From Octopus vulgaris (taxonomy: Eukaryota): a stretch of DNA of 64,000 bases. A program made the position numbers and the translations under genes. Shown here piece by piece: positions 56,223 to 64,000 of the stretch (positions are counted from its first letter, which is position 1; each line of letters begins with the position of its first letter). A model generated the notes under the pieces. The model searched no databases. It was given only the letters and a program-made list of their open reading frames with translations, and was not told the DNA's origin. The DNA lies in assembly GCA_951406725.2 (NCBI GenBank), contig OX597834.1:26040001-26104000 (forward strand), written 5' to 3'.

Positions 56223-59200
56223 TGTGTACTTGTGTATGTGTAATGTGTGTTTGTATGTGTGCATATATAGGTGTATGTGTGTGAGTGTATTTATATATAA
56301 TTGTTGTGTGAGTGTATGGTGTTTTTGAAGTTCCACCTATGAGAATTCTATTCATTGAAAACAGATTATTTTTTAAAATTTGCTAAAAGACAAAAAGAAA
56401 TAATTTAAACAATTGTAAAGTAATAAAATCACACTTTTGAGTAATTATCATTCTAAATTTTCTATTTTGTTCTGAGAATTTGGATTGCTTTAGAGCAACA
56501 GTTTGTTCTAAGTTAGGGTACCTTTTAGTAATACAACACCTAGTATATATGAATTTGGTTGTATGTTAAAGATGATCTCAAACCATTGCTAAAACCTTTT
56601 TACCACATTGTTTGTTATTGGACCTTGCAAGACACTCTAGATTCCAGAGTTCTATAAGAATAGCTGCTTTCCCTCTTCTGCACTTGGCTCTCTTTCTCCT
56701 TTAAACATCAACAGAAGTATTTAAAAAACAAATGGAGAATATTGGAGGTTGGTAGAAATGTCAAAGCTTTGAAATATTTCATCTTAAGAATGAATTCTGA
56801 AACCTTACTGTACTTTGCTACGAGTTTTCTATGTTTTTTCTCCAAGATTTATTCAAAGCAAAACAGCCAACCAGAAATAGATGAATTTGGAAATATAAGT
56901 GTGACAGCATTGTGTATTGCTTTTTAGAAATCTTTGCTGTCTGAAGGACAAATATTTGGACAAAAATCAAGAGTTGTGGCTAAAACGGCTGAAAATTTCC
57001 ATGTTTATTTGGCTGCAGAGACGGGCCTTTAATTATATTATTTCAAAAGAAAAATATCATTAGTTCAAAGCTGTAGCGAAAATTTAAATGTTTCATCACA
57101 CAGCCCAGACCTATTTCAACTGAGTCACTGCCAACCAAATTCTATTCCTAGTTTAAATTTCCAATCAGTTACTGATATAAAAATCAAATGCTTAAAAAAA
57201 TAGCAAACTATCCTAAAAACAATTAAGTTAAATAAATCAAGAATTGGATAATCAGATAAAAGCTGATAGTGCAAGTATCTCTAAAAGATCTGTCTTAAAT
57301 TTTGCATCCTACAAGAAATTTATTTGAATTTATGATTTTTCTATGGAATTGTATATAGGTGGAATTATCATGGAACTGTATGCAAGTATGTTTATGAATA
57401 TGTGTGTACATGTATATTTCTATATATAAGTTTGTATGTGTGTATAAACCCATGCATGCACAGGTATATACATTTGTTTTTTAGTTGTTTAACATTTCTC
57501 TCATATAAAATTTCTCTTGTCAGAAGTGCCAAACTAAATTCAAATAGCTGATGAAGGTTGTTCTTACATTATCTCAGTATTATAATTTTCTTTCCTTATG
57601 TGAAACCTAACCTTTCAAACCCACCACTGCAGTAAAAAAAAAAAAAACCTTCTACAGAATAGGGCAAGTTGTTCACCACAGTGGCTATAAATATATATAA
57701 TCCTAACAAACGAGGATTGCATGATTACTGGATTTCTGTTAATTAATTTCACTTAAGACCTCGTTATTTGGTTCCCTCCTTCCACTTCTCCCATGGGAGT
57801 CAGAATGAAAGAGTGAAAACCTTTTCAAGAATTAAATTTCCCCATGCCATCACCTGACATTCCACTTCTCCTATTTCTGTTAACTCACCATTCTATTTTC
57901 CTTTTGATTCTAAATATTTTAGTTTTCAAAAAATAAAATTTATTGATGAATTATTAGAAAATATTAAACAATCTGGAGAATTTATATTTTGTTTTTTTAA
58001 ATTATTTTTTGCCCTGTTTCTTTTTTTTTTCCATCATATTTTGTTTTGGGTTTCTTGGTGTAGGCATGGCTGTGTGAATTACAGGATTGCTTTACACCTA
58101 CATAGTTGTAGGTTCAGTCCCACAGCATAGTGCCCTGCTCAGATTTATATATATATATATATATATATATACAATTTGAATGGGTTAACGGATTCTGTAT
58201 AACAGGACTTTGCTTAGACTGTTCTTTTCTTCTGAAGATGGGTCTTTGCACCTGAAATGTAAAGGTTTTATTGAACTTGCTGCATTGCCAGAAGCTGTCT
58301 GTCTTCTCTCTTTTTACATCATATGGAGATAAGGGGAGAAAGTAAGGGATACATAGTTAACCCTTTAGTATTTAAACAGGCCATATCTGGCCCAAATATT
58401 CTACCTGCTTTATGTTCTAACTCGTCAGATCCAACCTATCACACTTACCCTTCAATGCCATTCTAGAAATATACAATCTCATCATGAAAACTTTATAGCT
58501 ACAAAATAAAGCATGATTAATTATAAACAATGTCAATGAAAAAACATTACATTTGAGAAAATAATCTGAATACGAAAGAGTTAAGGAGTGCACATACTAG
58601 GCTTGGTGACTGGCACTGAGTAACAGAATGCTACACACGTAGTACATGAGAGAGAATCCTAGAGATGAAGGAGTAAATAACTAGTATATACCTTTCTTTT
58701 GAAAAGTAGTATTCATTTCATAATTTTGTATAAAAGTTAGGTCATTGTGTGTGTGTGTGTTTGCTGTTTTCTGATAATACTTGTGGTGACAAAAGTATGT
58801 TTTGAACATTACCAATCATATGATGGGCAAGTGTGTATATGTTTTTATATAATATACATATATATAGTATATTGTATATTTGTATTACCAAACTACGTGT
58901 AAAATATCTTGTATAATAATGCAAATTACCGTCAGGTATTTGATCCCGTTACAGGGAAGTAACTTCTTGAGGGGACGTAACTCGGGTGAACCTCAATCTT
59001 TCACTGTAATATTGGCACAGATAGAGTACTGGGTCACTACAAATGACCAATGCCCACAAAATAGATGCTCCATTATGTCCACAGTCAAGTAACTGAAACT
59101 TGTCGAAGAATATAGGGCTGTAGAATTGATAAATCTCGTAGATTCTAAAACCAGACACTTTTATGGTATTGTATTTTCAATAATTTTAGTTGTATTCCTG

Positions 59201-59822
59201 CTGCAATCTGCTTATATTCCCTCTATTTGGGGTTGCTTCTAAAATACCAGTGTTATATTTGGGTCAGTTCAGATGACAGAATTGACTTTGTTATAAATGT
59301 GTCGGGTACTTGCAGTTGACTGAGAATTTTGTTCTTGTTTAGTGCCAGGTCAGCTGTGATTCAGCCAACCTATTATCATAAGTATTTTGTGACAATCTTG
59401 TCTTTTGTATGTCGGGGATTACATTGTTCAATGTAGCCTTCCTTTTTGTAAGACAACAGATCGAGATTTAGCTGTTGTTTTTACCTGGTCGAGCAACTTC
59501 TTTTTTTTTTTGTGTGTGTGTGTGTGCTCAACTCAATATGTTGACAATATAGATTTGGAATGGTTATCCTTTTTTGAGTAGTGGACCGCCTGAGGCATGG
59601 CTCATCATCTGGTGGGCCACACTATTAAAAAATAGTCAAGTAATATTTTTATTGGACATGACATTCAGAAAGTGTTACCATTTGCTCAAGACTGAACTGG
59701 ATATCTTATGTTCCACTGCTGTGATGTCTAAATCTTACTTGGACGGATGGTCTTTGCCTTTCATCACTTAGGCATTGGTAAAACAAATCTCAGTGCTAGC
59801 TAAGTGATGGTTTTATTGGTTA

Positions 59823-60252
59823 CTAGCAGCATAGTCCGGCGTTGCCCGGGTATGTAAGAGCCCCTAGTAGGCAACGACTAATTCCAATCTAGTCCTTTCC
59901 CTCTAGGGAACGAAGGCGCATGTGTAGGTTGCAATGTCTTCTCTTCACTCCCAAATAACTATCAAACAGCTATCGATAATTCAACCCAACCAATTCCTAC
60001 CAGGAAGAAATTACATTCGAGACTACCCCCAACACCGCCACTTCTGCTAATAGCTGCTGCAGCCGCAAGTTATGCGAATACTTTTTCAGAACTGGGGAAA
60101 CTTTTCAAAATTTTCACTGCGTTAGTTTTGAATTATGACATTGGGCTATGTGTGTGTCAAGTTTCATCAGAATCGGTTGAAAGCCGTGGTCAGGGTGAGG
60201 GTACAACCTGACAGACACACAGACAGACAAACTGCCGTTTATATATAGAGAG
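59823..60252 (-). mobile_element. Non-autonomous Helitron-like element
   Basis: Same 5' part as the 25339-25722 copy; 3' CCCGGGCAACGCCGGACTATGCTGCTAG. Confidence 0.7.
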
Positions 60253-60503
60253 ATAACTTCCTCTTGTTGTGGAAGGCCTTATTTCTAATGTGAAAAAAAG
60301 ACTTTGTATTTGAAAGTAGAGATGTTTAACATTCACATTTCTCTGTCAAATGTAATGCTTGAGCCGGCAGTAACGTTAGCGGGCTGCGCGAAATGCTTAG
60401 CGGTATTACGTTCTAAGTTCAAACCCCGCCGAGGTCGACTTTGCCTTTCATCCTTTTGGGGTCGATTAAATAAAGTACCAGTATGAACCAATCTAATCTT
60501 AGA

Positions 60504-61634
60504 AGTCTGAGAAGGCCAAGATGCTGGGGTTTTTTTTTTCTTACACCAAGGTAAGTAGCTGGCAGAATTGTTACCATGTCAGACAAAATGCTTAGTCATA
60601 TTTCTTCTGGCTCTTAATGTTCTGAGTTCAAACTCCACTGAGGACCACTGTATGTTTCATCCTTCAAGGGGTTGAATAAATAGGTACCAGTTGAAAAACA
60701 AATATATGGCTGCTACCCAAGAATGTTAAGAATTACTTTGAATATTACATGGAGAGCTTATTTAACCAAAGAGCAGCTTTATCAAGATCTACCCAATCTA
60801 CTTAATCCCTTTGTTTGTCCCCTCTATGTTTAGCCCCTTGTGGGCAATAAAGAAAAATATATATTCATATTGATATGAATTAGTCAGGCATTACCTTGTA
60901 GCTTTCAGATTTCAATAATGTGAATATTTATTTTTAGAATAAGGGGTGAGAGGCTGGATTTGGTCAGTTTGAAGATAAAACATTATTTTGGCTGGATAAA
61001 GACTGGTTTGAATGCTAAAGGGTGAAACATATGTCTGAAGTAACTGAAGACTTGTAATTAAATTGTAGTTGTTTCTTTTTACTATTGTTGAGGTTGTGCT
61101 TTGACTAAGTTTATAGTTCAAAGCATTTTATGTAATAAAACAGTGGCAGCCATCATATATATTTAGAACCATTCAGTAGATTTTTAATTACATACCATAT
61201 TTTCCAGCTAACAAGTCAGTGTAGTATTTAGTGTAAGCATTCAGACATAATCTCTATCTTCACAAATCTTGTTGCATTTCATGTGGAACTTTTGATCCTC
61301 CAAAGTTGACTCAGTATTTAAGTCATCATACTGCTTTTAGCTGTAAATTTTGATCTGAAAAATTCAACTTGTATGCTGGAAATTATGGTAATTTTATGGT
61401 GTGTTAAGTAAAAAGTTGAACCAAAGCAGTATTATTTGATATCCCTTTAAAAAAATTTTTTTTTTTTTATATCCTTTTATTTTCAATGAGCCCTCGTTTC
61501 CAGATTTATATTGTTTTTCATCATTCTGCATGTAAGAGTCAAAGCACTAATGTATTTAAAACCAAAAATGACTATTAGCACAAACTGGTTTGCTATTGAG
61601 TCAAATGTATTCACAATATGATAAGTTTTTTTTA

Positions 61635-61674
<40 letters not shown>

Positions 61675-62380
61675 ATACATCGGCTTGACTAAACAGTATT
61701 AAATAGAATGAGGTGTTCATCTCTGTGAATCTCTGATTACACTGTTGATTAGATTGGTTCTAAGCTTTGATATGTTATGACTCCATGTGACTGACCAGGC
61801 CATCAGATGTTGCTACACATCGCTGGTCACAATGTGCTTCATATTGTTTTAGCCTTCAGTGACACCACCTCACTGGCTAAGTGAGAGAAAGTTGTGGTGG
61901 AAGAGTATAGCAGGGATCACCACCACTCCCTGCTGGAGCCTCGTGGAGCTTTAGGTGTTTTTGCTCAATAAACACTCACAATGCCCAGTCTGGGAATTGA
62001 AACCGCGATCCTATGACTGTGAGTCCACTGCCCTAACCACTGGGCCATTGCGCCTCCACATGTTATAACTTTCTAGAAATTCTTGGTTAGTCTGAGAAGG
62101 CCAAGACACTGGGGTTTTTTTTTCTTACACCAAGGTAAGTAGCTGGCAGAATTGTTACCATGTCAGACAAAATGCTTAGTCATATTTCTTCTGGCTCTTA
62201 ATGTTCTGAGTTCAAACTCCACTGAGGACCACTGTACGTTTCATCCTTCAAGGGGTTGAATAACTAGGTACCAGTTGAAAAACAAATATATGGCTGCTAC
62301 CCAAGAATGTTAAGAATTACTTTGAATATTACATGGAGAGCTTATTTAACCAAAGAGCAGCTTTATCAAGATCTACCCAA
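60504..62380. repeat. About 292-bp direct duplication (60504-60796 and 62089-62380)
   Basis: Near-identical segments including non-repeat flank. Confidence 0.9.
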
Positions 62381-64000
62381 AGTGACTAAGAAGATTTGAC
62401 AGAAAAGAATGAGAATTGCTGATCATTGGCATCAGTCACCCTGAAGAACTTGTGTACCTCACTTGCCACAGGCCATTTGCTTCCTCAAGAACTGATAAAT
62501 GCTCCCTAGAATTGCCAGGGTTCTCACAGGCTGGACCTATACTGAACAGAGACTGCCAAGTTAACAAACGAATCCAAGTTCAACTGGTTCAAATCTAATG
62601 GCAAGATTTAAGACATTGTTCCCAGTGAGGAACTGAATAGCAGTTGTCTTTGAAATATTGGTGAGAAATGTGTGAGTAATGTCAAGTCAACAGGAGTTTA
62701 CTTGGTTCAAGACCATAATCCTATGAGATCAATATGGATTATCCTTTTTTGTCTCATTCCAGTGACCATTTTCCATCTAACTAGATCCCAATATATAACA
62801 ACAATCCCAAATACACTGCAAGTCATTTCTGCTCAAGGTTAAACAAAACAATTTCAGCAAAAGGGCCAGCAATTTGATGGGAGGAGTAGGTGTATAACAT
62901 CAATCAGTTGAAGGAAGAATCAACAGTTCAGACGGTGGAATGGCAAATGTTGATGAATTAAGAAGGTGCAAGGAAGATTTTGATGGATGGTGTGCTTGCA
63001 TGAAATCATTGACATCTGGGAGGAGAGCCAAACTTACTAAAACTGAGCAGTTGAGTACTGTGATTGATGTTATACACCTACTTTTGAAAAAATTTGTGAT
63101 CTTATTTGTGGTTGTAAAATTTAAGACCATAAAATACTCTGTGTGTGTGTACCATTGTCTTGACCTATGATGTTTCTTAACATGCATAATCATCATGCAA
63201 AGGATGTTGTTTGTTTTCAATCTTCTGTGAAAACATGTCTGGTCATGTGGAGCTTATTACCTTGCCATGAAACAGGTGAGGGCTGATGACACGAAGGGCA
63301 TCCAATTGTCTAAAATCTGCCCCAACAAATTCCATCTGACCCATGTTAGTTAGTTAATTAGTTAGTTAGTTAATTTGGCTCAAAAGCAAATAGCAAGGCC
63401 ATGTAGGGGGACATGGAGTTAAGTACAGGGTGGTGTTCATGTAAAGAGTTCAGGCCACTTGAGGTCAAGGGAGGCTTTGAACAAAGCGGTTGTTGGCATC
63501 TTCACCATCTCGTCTGGCAGCTTGTTCCACGGATCCGCAACCCGGACGGAGAAAGCTCCTCTCCTTCGATTGAGATGAAATCGTCGCAGGTAGAGCTTTT
63601 CGGAATGTAAGCATAGAGAAGTGGATGTTAAAAATGCTGATGATATATTTAAAGATTTCAATTAAAATATTTATAATCTGTTTTAAGAATTGACTAATTT
63701 CATCAAATTTACGTATTGTTTATGAATTTTGGTTTTAAAACTTTTCAAATATCAATAATTAAAAAATCTTCTCAAAAGTTCTAAACTTATGGTGCCCACT
63801 TACTTGTAAAAGTAACATTTTAACACAAAAATATTAAAATGTTTTAGAGTTTGCTTATATATTCCATTGATCCTATTTCAATCTCATTTTGTTTTCCGAG
63901 ATCTTGAAATTAGCTGCTAATAAACTCCTGGAAATTAAAAATGAAATTTTGTAATAAAACCTACAGATTTTATTAATAAAACGTCTTGAAGACATGTGAA

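Noticed and set aside
62416-63220. ORFs of 60-106 aa near the window end
   Set aside because: No motif or exon structure I can support; probably degraded retroelement sequence

Overview
AT-rich, repeat-dense eukaryotic DNA. The SINE types, microsatellite load and mollusc-type 5S sequence point to an octopus (inference). Two spliced + strand genes can be reconstructed by hand. (1) A katanin p60 microtubule-severing AAA ATPase (KATNA1/KATNAL1-like): 10 coding exons from 12042 to 29747, 1419 nt / 472 aa, with all GT-AG junctions and phases consistent. (2) A 3-exon gene (45890-45921, 52649-52785, 55447-56222; 314 aa) encoding a double-hotdog, acyl-ACP-thioesterase-like protein. It has a signal-peptide-like N-terminus, an altered catalytic motif, and an in-frame alternative acceptor that would remove the hydrophobic core of the signal. 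The rest is tRNA-derived SINEs (three main families), a (GAT)n-tailed retroposon, CR1-like LINE 3' ends, piggyBac- and hAT-like MITEs, non-autonomous Helitrons and long (TA)n tracts. The most unusual observations are: several Penelope-type hammerhead ribozyme motifs, one with a compensatory G3:C8 core swap; a 5S rRNA fused to a retroposon tail; mosaic Helitrons; inverted repeats bracketing in-frame skippable exons; and templated-insertion scars. Most short ORFs in the supplied track are repeat artefacts. All calls were made by eye; no searches or folding programs were run.
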